Shown piece after piece: positions 1 to 14,174 of a stretch of 62,731 bases of DNA. A program made the position numbers and the translations under genes. Within the stretch, counting starts at the first letter, position 1; the number at the start of each line of letters is the position of its first letter. The stretch comes from Bigelowiella natans CCMP2755 (lineage: Eukaryota; Protista; Cercozoa): positions 1 through 62,731 of the forward strand of contig ADNK01000333.1 of the NCBI GenBank assembly GCA_000320545.1, in the 5' to 3' direction. A model generated the notes under the pieces. It did not search any database. It saw only the letters and a list, made by a program, of their open reading frames with translations, and had not been told where the DNA came from.

Positions 1-286
1 AATTCAAACACACCTCTCATCATTCAATACGAAACATAACTCTGCTAAATAGCCCTCATATCCGCCAAAACACCCTTCCCCCCCCTCCCGCACTGATATG
101 CATAGGGAAATACTGCTTCTTATTCGAGCCGCTATACTCTATTGCAAAGCACGCTGTTTATGATGTGTGCTGCTGCAAAGGAGGGAGGAATACCTTGCTT
201 CTTCCCCCCCCCCTCTGCTGCTCCAGTCGCCTTCAGCCGATTGAATTTGTATGCCCCCAGTCCTTAAACAACCCACATTACATCAG

Positions 287-367
<81 letters not shown>

Positions 368-1207
368 TAAATATTAACGTGTACGTTATTGGACGACTCT
401 ATCACCATCCAACACAACGAAGAAGAAGAAGAAGAAGAAGAAGAAGAAATGGCCACGTACACACATACCCCACGCCACTGCATGCATCTCGATATCCTCC
501 GGAGACTCCGCCCCACTCTGAATTCTGCGCCGTTTGCGAACAGCACAGTGATTGAGAGTGCGGTCAGCGAGGTAGTCACTCAGCACAAAGCTAGCACGGC
601 AGAATCACCCAAAAACCCCACCTGAACACATAGCCCTTTGGCAGTTTCGCAGCGGCCGTTCCAAATGCTAGCGGTGCCGATCTAAGTCGTTTTCGAAGGT
701 GCAGAAGGGGGGATGAAGAGAAGGGAAAGGAGGGGATGAAACCTCATGCTCACGCGTGCTGGTAGAGTTCTAACACTATGATAGCACGATGCGTGCACTA
801 TTCCCCACCACCGTATCGTTAGTTTATTTTGATTGTATGAGGTGTAAATATACGGGGGAGGGGGGGGGGGGACATCGCTGCTGGGAACAGCTCAATATAT
901 CAGGATGATGGCGCTCATGCGGAATCACGATTGTTTCGCATTTGCTTCAGTCTTTCAGCTGGTGATTAGCGCTTGCTTTTGCGTGTATATTGGTGATTGT
1001 GGGCTGCGCATTTGGCAGGGCGCGGCCCGAGAGGGGGGGGGCTGATAGCGTATCATTCGCTAGTCGTACCCATCATCAATGCCGAAGAGGATGCTTCCGA
1101 CTGAATAAACGCAATTGAATATAATCACAACACATAGACAAAGAAGATCTCTCTCTCTCTTTCTCTCCATCTTTCTTTCAGATGTAAAAAGACACAAACA
1201 CACATAT

Positions 1208-1242
<35 letters not shown>

Positions 1243-2554
1243 TATATTTTATATGAAGATAGAAATGTGTCATCGTAAGTAATTTGCAAATGTAGTCGCT
1301 CATAGGAAAACAATTCCACGTTTGAAACATCGTCCATGCTTCATAGCACAGCAGTGCTGCCATTCGATTTCTCGTAACGAAGGAAATAACTATCCAACCC
1401 CCCGCCCCCCCCCCTCTCGTTACAGACGTGCAGTACGATTGTCCAGTTCTACTCGATATCGTTATTTTGGGGAGAGGCGGAGGGAGGGGGAGGGGGGAAA
1501 AGGAATACCAAATGATAACTAAGTAACCTGGGGAGGAAGATGATGGCACGATGCATGTAGAGCCAAGGTCCCCCTGATATTGTAACAAAGGATTTATTTC
1601 AATGAAAATAAAACTGATGAGTACTAGACTTTGACATATGTAGAAGAAGACTAGGTAGTTGTGCTTCGACTCTCATCGGATTATCGTCCTCCCCCACCTT
1701 CTCCATTTTCCTCCTCCTCCTCTCCTCCTCCTCCTCCTTCTCCTTCTACTTCTTCTTCTCGTTATAACCTTAAACTGACAGGCCTCAACCACGTAGTCTT
1801 TGTATTCTCCGGAGAGCTCGTTGATTCGCTCCATCTCTCCCTTCTTCACGATATGCACCTTTGTTTATTGTAAAGATGTGCGCGTGTGTGGTGGTAGTTG
1901 TGGGGGGGGGAGTGTCTGCCCTAGTATTCGCGTGTGTGCGGGTGTTTGCGTGAGTACGCGTGTATGTTCGCACGTATATATACATATATCATTGGTGTAC
2001 AAATGCCCACGCATAGCCGCTCTGTTTTCGCCATCATTCTAATTTTTTTTAGCAGTGAAACAACAGCGCGGCCTTACCGGTATCACAGTACGATCTCCAG
2101 CATCTGTAGTGAAGATGTCCTTCACTTTCACATCGAAGGACGCCTTCCCCATTCCCCCAGTAGCCGTCGCAGCAGAGGCCAATGACCTCCTCTTCCCCAA
2201 TAGCGCGGTGGGCTCGACTGAGAACCGTTGCTGCAGAGGATGGGGGGGTGACGACTGGGCGGCGAACGATGAGTGCTTTGGCGACGATGACAAGGAAGAG
2301 GAGGGAGGAAAGGCGCGTAGGGAATTTAATGCGCTAGGCCGATAACGGCGGCTACCAGCTACCACTCTTTTTGCGGAGCATGAACGCTGTCCTAACCATG
2401 CCTTGGCAGGTAGGCTAGTCCTCCTGAACATCATCACTTGCGAGAGGGCGATAAGGAGAATAAGGATCGCTGGGAAGAAGAGGGGGGAGGCGCCGATGGA
2501 GAAGCAACGTTTGCCTAACATTAGGGTCGCGGTGGAAATGTATGTCAGAGTCAC
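1..2554 (-). CDS. Leucyl aminopeptidase (peptidase M17), N-terminal part, with bipartite leader; multi-exon, runs off the left edge
   Basis: Stitched minus-strand exons read ...KASFDVKVKDIFTTDAGDRTVIP / VHIVKKGEMERINELSGEYKDYVVEACQFK / GDLGSTCIVPSSSSP / VGSILFGIDDG / SAPLAFGTAAAKLPKGYVFR / SGAESPEDIEMHAVAW / GLGAYKFNRLK. This matches the N-terminal domain of bacterial-type M17 enzymes (lP.kLP.G.Y ... WaLGaYrF.rYK). Exon 1 has a hydrophobic stretch followed by an S/R/A/P-rich segment. The catalytic domain lies outside the window. Confidence 0.72.
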
Positions 2555-2890
2555 GCAAGCTTTGGGAGGGGGAGAGGGAGAGTACGTGACGCTGAAGCGA
2601 GTGGCATAGGGTCACGAGGTCTTCGAGAGGTGTTGTTTCGCGTGTTTCCATTTAGGAAAAATCTATTAAGATATTATTCCGATGTTTCGTCTCCAAAGCG
2701 ATTTTTAAGTACTTGAAGCTATGGGAGGTAAATATCCTTGTCGCAGCTTTATTATTCTCCAATGTTTTTGCTATTATATCGCATTCAAAGCCGTAAATAA
2801 TGCAGAAATCGAAGGCGTTTTGCTATTGTTGTAGCAGTTGTTGCGGAGACCAGGAGCCTTCTCCCTCCCGGCAGACAAGGAAAGAGAAAG

Positions 2891-3830
2891 ATGGCATACC
2901 AGCAGAGACGGCGGAGGAACCGGGGGGGGATAGACCCCACGCTTATGCTCCTTCTAATGAAGGTGGGTGGGAATTCACCAATCCTAGCGAGGGATGGATT
3001 GCTGTGAGTTGTGATGTGTGTTGTGTTGCTCTGCCAACTGATCTTTACTTCCTTGTTCTCCCATTCTTGTCCCAATCTTCCCTTGCCGCTCAGCTCTTTG
3101 CACAGGTCCAGCAGATGCCATACAAGCCACCGGCGACACTCTTTATCATGGGCGTCAACATCGCGGGTAAGGCCATCATTCTGCATGTGGGGCAAGAACC
3201 GTGAGCTGTTTCTAATTGCCAGCAACCTCTTCCATCGTATTGATAAGCGACGGTGCATTTAATGAATGGTGAACAGTCCATCTGAACGACACGCTCATTC
3301 CCTTCTCAATTTCGAGCGTCTGTTTGCATCCAGCGCAGGTGTCTACGTAAACAATCGTGTGGTGGTAGGGCAGCGATACTACCACCAGTGTGAGCATATA
3401 TTTCATTCTCTAAAAGAAGAAAAGGAGAAACCTCGCGAGACTGGAAATCAACCGTCGCCACGAGTTTTAGGGTGTTGCGCTCTCACTAGACCTGAACTTT
3501 TAGTCACATTTTTGTATTTGCTGTGTGGTATAAAGATTCTCTTCGGGTGGGACCTGAAACGATTAGTGTTAAGGTAGGCATATTTTGATGCTGTACTATG
3601 ATGGTAAAGCAGCGTGTAAACAGCCCTTCTCACTGCAATCGCTCGCGACATCTGACTTGGTTAATACTCCCATATCCAAACTCTTTCTTCCAGCGCCTTC
3701 GTGCATGCAGACGACTATCATTTGGTATAAGCACTGAGTAGAAGATGAGCAAGTGTGTTATGGTGATGATGATGGTGTTGCTTCACAAGAGATAACGCAT
3801 GATACGTGTACCAGCGCCGTTCAAACTTGG

Positions 3831-3874
<44 letters not shown>

Positions 3875-3898
3875 GAATAAATTCTTCACTGATTATGG

Positions 3899-3932
<34 letters not shown>

Positions 3933-4042
3933 CCTACCACGCTTTTTAGTACTACAACATGTCGTCTCTCCTTTGGTAAGTTTCGATTCATCTTCAGAAG
4001 ACACTCGTACACGCAAAATGCAGCGAGAGAGAGGGAGGGGGA

Positions 4043-4086
<44 letters not shown>

Positions 4087-4463
4087 GATGACTCTTGCAC
4101 TTTGCGGTATGTGCGAACGATACGCAAAGCGCAGCTGCATGAGGCGTGTTTGCTGACTGATCATATCAAATATGCAAGGAAAGGAGCTCAACTGGAACAA
4201 ACAAACGGAACCGAGGTGATGTGTGTGTTGGGGGAGGGGGGGGGGGAAGTCATTTTGAATGAAGTAAGTAATAGCCTTGGCGAAGGAAGTGTATGCGCTC
4301 ATTAATTAAATTTTAATATCAAGGAGTTTTTGAAGATGTCGGCGTTTCTTCTCCTTGGTTCTCACGTTATCTACGTGCTCGTGGCCTGGTTGGTCTTATT
4401 CGTCGTTATCATCAGCATCATCATCATAATCATCACCCCATGAAGTGCAGGCCACACACAACT

Positions 4464-4518
<55 letters not shown>

Positions 4519-5500
4519 TCCAATGTTTCAGCGAACAATATAATCGCGGGACATAATTTCATCGGAAAGCTCTCCATTAGCACGTGTTAACAAAAATCCC
4601 CAATTTCTCGATCGAGATCTAACCGCAGCTCTTTTTCTTCTTCTTCTTCTTCTTCTTCTTCTTCTTCTTCTTGTTATTATTGCCTATCATTACCCAATAG
4701 GATTTTGTCCATGTTGGGAGTCTTCTCAGCGACGATGCAGACGTGTGCGGTATGTCGCAACCGCAGCGGATATATCCACCCTAGGTTAGTTATTCTTGAC
4801 GTGCTTTCATCTCGTCCCGCCAAAAGGTTGGATACTCTGCGGTGCTATTCGGCTACAAGATGGTCCTTAACTATAACTCGCCCAGTTTAAGCAGCTTCTA
4901 TGGAATGATGGGTGAGTTTCAATCTTGAACATCTTCTCGTGCCGCGCTAGCCATGCGAGTGTGAGCCGTACCACCGGCAAAGTAGGAGGATTTTGGTGAT
5001 CTCGACCGCTCCGCGAGTTAAGTCTTTTGCGGCTGGCTTTTCGCCGTTTCAGAGAGAATTTCACCGATGATGCTTCCCCGTAGTGATCACGAGAACCTTT
5101 TCTTTGTTGGTGGACAAAGAGCGCTCGCGGGGTGCTATTCTTCTCGTTGCGGGTTGTTAACGTACTTTGTCTTTGCCTAGTCCCTCTGAAGTACATGTGC
5201 TGGGTGGAGCTGGTGCTCATCTCCATCATCACGCCAAATGCATCATTTCTCGGCCACTTGTGTGGGATTTTGGCTGGTATGATGACTTGCGGGACTAGCC
5301 TCAGAATGTCGTCGTGCAGTCGATTGCAGGAAGGAGGGGGGGGGGGGGGGGGAGGTTGGAAGAAGCAGACGAAGTGTTTTATGCCTTCTCAAAGCTGCTT
5401 GGTGTTGTGTAGGTCTATGTTATCTGAAGAAGGAGGCGATTTTGTCTACCCTTGGAATTCGGTCGGCTTCAAGTAGTCTAGAGAATCGGAACCATGCATG
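2891..5500 (+). CDS. Rhomboid protease, RHBDD1/RBL14 type (about 10 exons)
   Basis: Exons: MAYQQRRRRNRGGIDPTLMLLLMK / LFAQVQQMPYKPPATLFIMGVNIA / ILFGWDLKRLVL / AFVHADDYHL / YYNMSSLLW / KGAQLEQTNGTE / EFLKMSAFLLLGSHVIYVLVAW / ILSMLGVFSATMQTCA / VGYSAVLFGYKMVLNY / VPLKYMCWVELVLISIITPNASFLGHLCGILAG. Catalytic GxS Ser and GHxxG His are present. The 3' end is approximate. Confidence 0.9.
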
Positions 5501-6811
5501 AAATCTGATCTTCCAACCTGATGGTGCCGGCAGCGCTCGTAGCATATACAGAGTAGAGGGGATTCCAGGACGTTCCGAATTGAACTTGCAACTTGACCTT
5601 ATTAAACTACTTAATCATACAATGTATATATATTATATATAATATTTATACGTGCAATTAGAGCATCGAGGATACAGCGAGGCAATCTGCGCCCCCCCCC
5701 GCCGCGTACTGGGTTCCAACAGCAACACAATGTCAGTGAATCGATTCGTTCTTAATCTCCCTAATAAAGCACATCTTCCTATACGTGCAAATATGCGTTG
5801 AAATGGAGGGGGGGGGGGGGGGGAGAGCGCGGAAGGAGAGAGATCAGTTTCGAGACACCCAGCCTTATCGCTGTAGCTAGCATTGAGTACCCACGATTTT
5901 CATCATTGATGTTGGAGAGAGTATAACACGTAATATGGCACGTGTAGTTTCTGATTGCGTTGTGCTTGTGTTTTGTGTTGTGTTTGTATGTGTGTGGGGG
6001 GGGAGGGGGGGGATTGGGGGCTGTACATATATGGTTTTGATGATACCTGTTATAATGTAACAGCGGTGGCGCAACTAGTGAATGCTTAAGATGGGGCGAT
6101 ATATCTTATGTGAGCAAAATCTGGCAGAAATTAGACGACCAACTAAAGGAAGCTCGAAACTTTTTTATGTCAACTACAAGACTACACGACGCCATCAGCT
6201 CGCACATGTAAAATCATTTCCAATGTGGCGCAAACATCATGTTTTCACGTCCAAAGCGTCTAGCTAAAGGCAACGAAAGACACGTGTATATATTTTATAA
6301 ACTTAGTATAAATATACTTAGTCTCTAACTCAACCAATGATGATTAAACTCCGGCAAAATACGCAAATCTGGAAATGCCAGAAAAGCCCTTGGTTTTGCA
6401 TGTAAATGTGTGGCGTGATATGCTAGTTCGTGGCTTTGTGAAGCATTGCTCATGCCCACTACATGTCACTAGACATTCTCCATTGAGCGTACGAAAGCGT
6501 GGATAATCGCATTATTCAACACGCAAAGCAAACAGTTACTAAAGCTTTATGAAAGCGCAGTAATAATGGCTGCCGATCCGGACTACATGGCGCACATGCT
6601 AGCATGTTCGGGCATGTCACACAGATCTTTTGATGGCAATGTTTTATATTAACAAATGTTTGTCTGCACAAGTAGCATCGATTACCATGTTGTAGTGCTT
6701 TTTTGAGTGACCTATCCATCTTCCTTTTTTGAACCTTCCTGCAGCAAATAATGCAATTGGCAACCATTATGCCCCGCAACTACTTCCTCGTATTGCTTAT
6801 AATACGCAATA

Positions 6812-8509
6812 ATCATTTAGTATCTTTGCCAGCAGCGAGATGGAGCCTTGTTTCTAAATCCCCCGTCGGTACAGATAGTCAGGCCTGGGCGGATTGATTA
6901 CTTATCTTCTTCGCGTTGCTTGCGTTTAAGGGCCATCGAGCACTGAAACCAGGTGTCTTTCCCTGTTTGTGATTTCAATGCAGCAGCAAGATTCCGTGAA
7001 TCAACGATCCGTCAAAACGGGAGATCCCGCAGCATTCCTCTATGCTCTCGTTCTACACTGTCCAACGCAAACAACGACATCACTACTACCGTGAACAACG
7101 TCCGACTCCCCATCGATCATGAAGCCGCCTGCTCCATAGAAGCCCAGCAGGTGCTGCTTTGCTAGGAGGAGGATTCGTTTCACCTGTGGATGGATCAACA
7201 AGATGTCGGCGTCGCGCCAATGACAATGAATGCTGCGAATTAGACTTGGTTCTGCGAATACGTAATGAAGGTCGATCTGCTGACTCTCTTCTCTCTTTTG
7301 CCAACACGCCATGGCTAGGGCTGTGGCTCGCAGAGAAACAGGGAAGCGTAATAGGCGATTTAGCTTTTCTTCAACTTTAAAAATAAAAATTATCTTTTTT
7401 TTGAATTCTTAGAATCTTGTGTCAAATCTCTGAAAGCGGTATGGACGTTGTTGGACGTCACGCGCGCATTTTATGCTGCTGCTCGGATGGTAGCAAACCT
7501 GTGGCTTTCGACTAGTAATTCTTCGGACGTATTCCTATCCATACCACGAATGAATGAATGCTGCGATGCAGTGCTGCTGCTGCTGCTGCTCGAGATGGGG
7601 AGCAATACAGGGCGGGGTTTCTCTACATGCTTCCGACGAGTAGCATTTTGCATAATTATCATATGCACAGATGACGACCGTCTTCGGAGCGCGATAATTA
7701 TCCTTCCCGCATTGGCACATGCGTGTCATCATCGCCCGCACTCAATCACACTGTTATGGCATCACATGCAGCATTCTACCCTGAGCATGGAAGAGCCATA
7801 GCCGTTTCGACGGAGCGTATTAGAAATCACAACTGAGTGTATGCACAGCGTCGCTCCCTATTGATTGATAACGGCAATGGTTGTTATGGTGGTTTGTGGT
7901 GATAAGGGGAGGCGCGGCTCAGAGCTATGCTGCTGGTGCCACGTTCACGTGAGAAATGATAACGATGATGAGTTGTGGTTGGGGGGTTACGACCTGTGGG
8001 TCGTGTTTACTCATTGAGTCATGAGTCAGATTTTTTTCGTCGCTGGTGAGAGTGCCGTTGATAAAGCCAATGACCTCCTCCCCGATCATCGCGACCTTAG
8101 AGGAAAATAATCGTGACAAACTTGGCCACACAAAAGCTTTCTGAGGGATGAAAGAGTAGGATCTCTGTACCAAGAAGAAATCCGAGGCGTTTTGAATCCG
8201 CATCATCAGCGATTTGGCGCTGGCCGCTTCATCTGTTGGTTATGGCTATGAGACGTTTTTGATTCGCAAAATGATGGAAGTGGTCGACATCTCGTACCGG
8301 GGGGATAAGAACGCGTCTCCATGTGATAGAGAGGTTCGAAGTCCTTTTCCTCCGCACACCGGTAGTTTAGCTTTATCCTCTGATGCGCGCACACAGTCAT
8401 CTGTGTGCATGCCGCCCCCATCTCTTGATAGTCGGAGTAGTTCCTGGTAGATTTGTGTGTGTTCGTATGTGGGAAGGGCGAGTCCTTCGTTGTGTCTTAC
8501 AAATCTCAT
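6812..8509 (-). CDS. Probable multi-exon hypothetical protein
   Basis: Exon-like segments bounded by AG/GT (e.g. HYVFAEPSLIRSIHCHWRDADILLIHPQ; LLGFYGAGGFMIDGESDVVHG; RHLVSVLDGLKRKQREEDK), divergent from the PH gene. No family recognised and the model is uncertain. Confidence 0.3.
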
Positions 8510-8864
8510 TCATTAGTCGCAATAGTCTAGTAGCGGACATAATCCATTGTCGCACATCACAAAACAAAGCCATTTTTGATTTTTCCAACTGCAGTCACAA
8601 CGACAGGCATAGCTTCAAGTCGCAAGAGAAGATTCACATCAGACATTGGAGCCATTTCCCGCAGGATTTCAGGGTTTTCACTGCATTTCTTTTTTTCTAA
8701 GTCAATTTCAATTACAAGAATGCGTCAATAAAACGGGTTTACCGTAAGATTAAAACCGCATGGATTTCTTACCATCGAATAGCCAGTTACGGCGAAACGC
8801 CGAAACGCCAGAGCCCCCACCAGCTCTGGTAATATCCGAAAATATTCAACCGGCGTGAGCACAG

Positions 8865-9544
8865 ATGGCGGAGGAGAGAGTTTCTGGGTTCAACACAACG
8901 AACTCCATATTCAAGAAAAAGAGGAATCAGCAGTCCGGCTATCTTCGCAAAAGAGGATCGCTAAACCCGGTCTACAGACGTCGATACTTTGAGCTATCGG
9001 GCGACAAACTTAATTATTATGCCAGCTCTAGCGGAGAGATTAAAGGTTCCATCGATCTCTCCGAGGCAGATGTGCTGGCGGAATGGAACAAGTTCCGGTA
9101 AAAAAGATCCTACTAATATATTTCATCGAATTTGGATTGACGGGTTCTCTCATATAAATCGATACCTTTCCCTGGTGTGCATACTAAAGGTTTAAGGTAA
9201 CTCAAAAGGGGAGCAAGCGGACCTTCAAGCTTCGCGCAGACGATGAAGATGAATTCTGCGTACGAACAACATTGAATTTGACAATTTTAATATCTTAGGC
9301 ATTCACTGAATTTTTGCTCAGAGTATTGTACTCAAAAGTGTTTGGTGGCTTGTGAAGGGCATTAAAAATCGTTTGGTTGTATCGTAAGCAGCCGACTTTC
9401 TTTGTAGGATTGGATATCCGCTATGCGTAAAATCTCCGGGATCAAAATTCGGGATTTTGATGAAGATTCTCAGGATGAAGGAGAGAATTTGACCCACATT
9501 TGGATGAAGAAAAAGTCTTGCTCGGTAAAATGTCTTCCACATTC

Positions 9545-9592
<48 letters not shown>

Positions 9593-10321
9593 GATGGAGG
9601 GGGGGGGGGGGATGAAACTATTGACCTTTATCTACCTCTATAATCTCTCTCAGTGTACGTGTGTGTGCGTGTGTGTAGAATTTGAGCCAGAAAATAGCGA
9701 CCAATTTTCTCCAAAAATAAAAATTTCTACATTGAAATCATCAAACTCGAAAATCTTTCCATAGAGAAACACGTGAGCCAAACAATATATCCTTGCGTGT
9801 TCGATGTCTCGATCTGATATAGAGCTTTCATCGCACAGACACATGGCCTTGTTGTCGTTCCAGAGAGCATGGGTAGCAGAAGACAGACTGAAGTACTGAA
9901 AATGAATGAGGAGGATGATGAAGAAGATGGTGAAGATGAAGCCAGTGATTTCAAGCTGCAAAACGGTTCAGAAGATAGTGTCGATACTGATGAAGAAGTA
10001 TTGCCCCGGGACACCGACGGAAAAGGTGCAGAAGAGAGATCTCGAGAGATTGAAGGCGCCGGTAGCCGCCCCAAGGCAGAACATAATAGTGATGGCGTGA
10101 TATCATCAAGTAAGGATATAAATAAGGAATTAGATACTTCTCGATCTGCAGAGGCCCACAACAATAGCAGTCGTCTTAGAGAAGCCAAAAGCAACAACAA
10201 CATTGAGACAACGAGAGACACAGCTGGAGAAGCACCATGGACGACCGCTGAAAGAGAAAAAGTAGAAATGAAGACTAGTTCAGCAGCAAACCAAGAAAAG
10301 CCACATGATACAACAACGTAA
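8865..10321 (+). CDS. PH-domain protein with acidic low-complexity C-terminus
   Basis: SGYLRKRGSLNPVYRRRYFELSGDKLNYYASSSGEIKGSIDLSEA...KFR / VTQKGSKRTFKLRADDEDEFC / DWISAMRK is a canonical PH domain with the C-terminal helix Trp. The D/E-rich last exon ends at 10321. Confidence 0.8.
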
Positions 10322-11225
10322 TATTTCTTCATGGGAGGAGAAGTTCCCGCACTAATCTTCATGAACGATTATAACGAAAAGGTGGGGATAAGTCGAACAA
10401 TGTACTGTAAAGGATGAACAGATCGATCCATCCAACCCGACTGTGGAAAAATGATGCATCGTGCAACTCCTAGAAGCTGATGAGCGATGCTGTGTAGTAC
10501 ACGCTACATGCTAACAATACATGCTGTGGATTGCTAGATTCCTAGCTAGCCAGATTGGCAGATGCACGCTCATGCATGCGCTCGGCCATTGCTAGATCGG
10601 TGCCCGCTCGCATGCATGGGACGTGTATGCCTGAATGCTCGAAGTGAATGCGCTTTTTAGTGACGGATGCGTAGTTCATGTGTGCGGCGGCTACAATTGA
10701 GTGTGTGCGTTGCGCAGTGTGCGCGCTCGGCTGCTCGCTAGCTAGCTAGCTCGTGTCGGCGTGTGTGTAACATGTGCACAAGCATGCATGCATGTGTTGG
10801 TGTGCGCATGCAGATGGTCATTTATTGCGCGCATAGTACGCACCTCTGCACGTGTCATCATACGCACAAATGTTCATCTGTACATGCGGCATGACGTGAA
10901 CGAAGGATGAATGTAGTTCGCAATCAACCCATGAATGAATGAAGTGGTGGAGGGTCCTCCGAGGGTTGGAGCTCCATTTCCCATTGATTTTCGCCGAGAC
11001 GACTTGTTTTTGTTCATGTCGCACTTCGAGAAACAACCAGACATCGCAAATCCCTCCGTTATTTTCCGGTTACTGCAACAATGCCGATTTTTACGAACGA
11101 TAGGGAAAATAAGGATGTCGCAGAGTGCAAATCGCAGCTCAATTCTGCATTGCTCTTCCGAAATTTAAGAATCCGTTGAATCGGCCCCCCCTCGCCCTAG
11201 GCACCCTCCCAGGAATATCGAACCA

Positions 11226-12862
11226 TGAATAAAGAAGCAAAGGCTCATGGTTCTCATGAAGGGGATAATGGTAGCGGGTTGGATGCTGGTCCTGCCGGAG
11301 CACATCCCTTAAAGAGCCAGGTAATGAGTCGATGTGAGTCGTCTAAGTAAACAAATCATTAGCACCGGACGGCTCTCACGACTTCTCCAGCTGTTTCAAC
11401 AGTAACAAACACAATTTCACTCCTGGCTCAGGAAACACTGATGGCGTCGGTCATGACACTGCGGCAAGGCATCGCAAACCTGGACGGCTGCATCTCCGAC
11501 GCGTCGCGGGTTCTTCCGTGTTATTCATGCATGCGGCTGTCATCGATATGGAAACACCACCACATGTGCACGCCTGCTCTTGTTCCACGAGATCAGCTTC
11601 ATAGAAAATATAATCTGTTATGTAGCAGTCGCGTAATTTCAGAGGTTTATATCCATATGATTCGCTTAAACACACCGCAGCATTCAGAGAAGCTGAGTGC
11701 ATCTGCTGTAGGCTTCGCGGCGAAGCTCACAAATGAGGTAGACGACTGCCTCTTTTGCTTAAAAAAAGAAAGTCAAATTCCTTTAGGGATTCGATCTCCT
11801 ATTCAAACTACGTGCGCGTGCATCCGTGCCCTTTGTCTGAAAACAACCAGTAACCTTGTGGTGTTACAACAGCTGACGTTTGCGCGAGCTGTGCTCGAAA
11901 CCCTCTCCGGACTTACGAAGGTGGGTTTGTTTGACATGAACATCAACATAAACATCGATAGAATCGAAAGCGCGCACACACGCGCACGGAAACTCCTAAA
12001 CTCACTCCAATATCAAAGGCGCACCGCCCAAGCATCGAAGACCCTCCCCAGAATGTACTCAGAAGCAAACCCACCGCGCCGTCCTCCCCAACTCTAGATT
12101 CAGCTCCTGCAACGCCCGCATCGCGTCTCACCGGCACACAAGAGGTCATTAATACGATAATGGACACGAATTACAAGGTCAACAGCGTGTTGTGAGCAAT
12201 GGCGGATGCTGAGATTGGCTGGTTCTCCTTTTTAACCAAAAACAGGAAAGCGAGGAGAAGTTGAGAAACCGACTCTCTACTGCTGTCGAGCCCTCTATTG
12301 GTACTCACAGACATTTTCTCTTTCAATGCTGTACTATTTTACAAATTTTCATATGTTGCTTGGCGAAAGGAAGGGGGGTGGAGGGGGGGGATTAAAGAAC
12401 AGGAGAAACGGGAGAGGAAGGGGGAGGGAAAGAGAGGGAGAGAGCCAGATATCTCCCAATTGTACTGATTTGCTCACACTTTATTATATACTAATCGATT
12501 GTTTGAACCCCATAATTCAGACAAAGACGGCCTTCCTGTGCCTATTTCCCTGTCGTCCTCTCTCCAGAAGGAGCGAAAGCAGAACTCGCCGCAGCTATTT
12601 GGTGAAGACGAAGGGGCGGGGGCAAGGAAGTTGCAAGGAGAATCAACGGGCGCTTGCGTGGAGGAAGCGGGATTCGAAGAGGGAGAGGAGCTTTTTGACG
12701 AAAAGGTGCTCGTATATTCAAATCGCTGTCGATATAAATGATAGGGTGGGGGCGGGGGGGGGGTGGGATAGACACGCCATTTGGAATCTCCGTAGAGATA
12801 ACCACACGTTTTGCATAACCAAAAATATTTGCATACGCACATATTTATAATTATGTATAATG

Positions 12863-12907
<45 letters not shown>

Positions 12908-14118
12908 CCAATCGATTATGCACAGTTTGAAGACCTAGTTGTGCGAGGCAAGAAGCTGGACCTTGACCATGCTCCCACCTCTGAGATCAAAGGAGGCAGC
13001 AATGTAACATCCATTCGCAATAAACCGATCTCCTCGCCAGCATTCAAACCAGTTCATCTCCATTTTTCTGCTGAATATGTACAGTTTGACGACTTAGTCA
13101 TACGAGGCACCAAGCTGGACATTGGGCGTGCTCCAAGCTCCGAGGTCAAAGGAGGCAGCAGCAGCAGCGCGCAGATGGAGGCCCATGTCGTCATGGCAGG
13201 TATACGACGATCGATAGAAACAACACAGCAGCAGCGGTTGGTTTCACGGAGAATACTTCGTTCTTTCACTTGCTGACTTTCCGCGCCTCTCTTCTGTATA
13301 GACCTGTCTGGAGTTAAGCCGATAATGAAGTTTGGCCCTGCTCCGTCAAGATCAGAGACACAACCTACTACTATCTTCAAGCTGCAATCAGCTCTAAGGT
13401 CAGTATTGACCACCCGTATTGTATATGCGCACAGAAATGATCTTGATCGATCTTACCCCCCCCCCCCCCCCCTCCCCAGCGACACCCTTTTCGTATCGAT
13501 CAACACTCGGAAGATTGGACGTCTTTTTCAAGCGCGAGACGCCGATAAATCAGGGTGACTCACGAACAGCAGCCTCGTCTCCTCACACGCACGTATGCAG
13601 TGTCGGTGTTCATTTCAGTGTTTACGTGTTCTCGTCAGATTTTTGGACTCCTCGGGCATCTACGCAGTAACATGTAAGCTATGGGCGGATATGCGGAAGA
13701 AGTTTCCCTTCCTCGCGCGCACCTGCTCAAGGTAACAGTTGCTGCTTTTACAATCATTTTGCATACAATGAGGGGTGGGGGCAGCCTACCCTCCTCCATA
13801 TATGCAATACACATATATACTCCTCCCTGCGCTGTAGAAGACCAGTAGCGCTGCGTGTTCTACTGGCCATTAACATTCCTAGATTCTTCTCATCATTGCT
13901 TCTCACATCGGAAGCCAAATACATCTGTCATCACGAGGTGGTGTGCCGCTAACGTTGATTCTCTTCTTCAGGAAAATATCTCAGGGTCGTTTTGAAAAGG
14001 CCTTCCAGAGAGCTGATCATGACTCCTCCGGCGTGATGACGTTGGCAGAGACCGAGAGCTTTGTCAAGTCCTTTCTGGTCAGTCAAATTTAGGCAAAGTC
14101 ATATGTGTATGAATTTAA

Positions 14119-14174
<56 letters not shown>

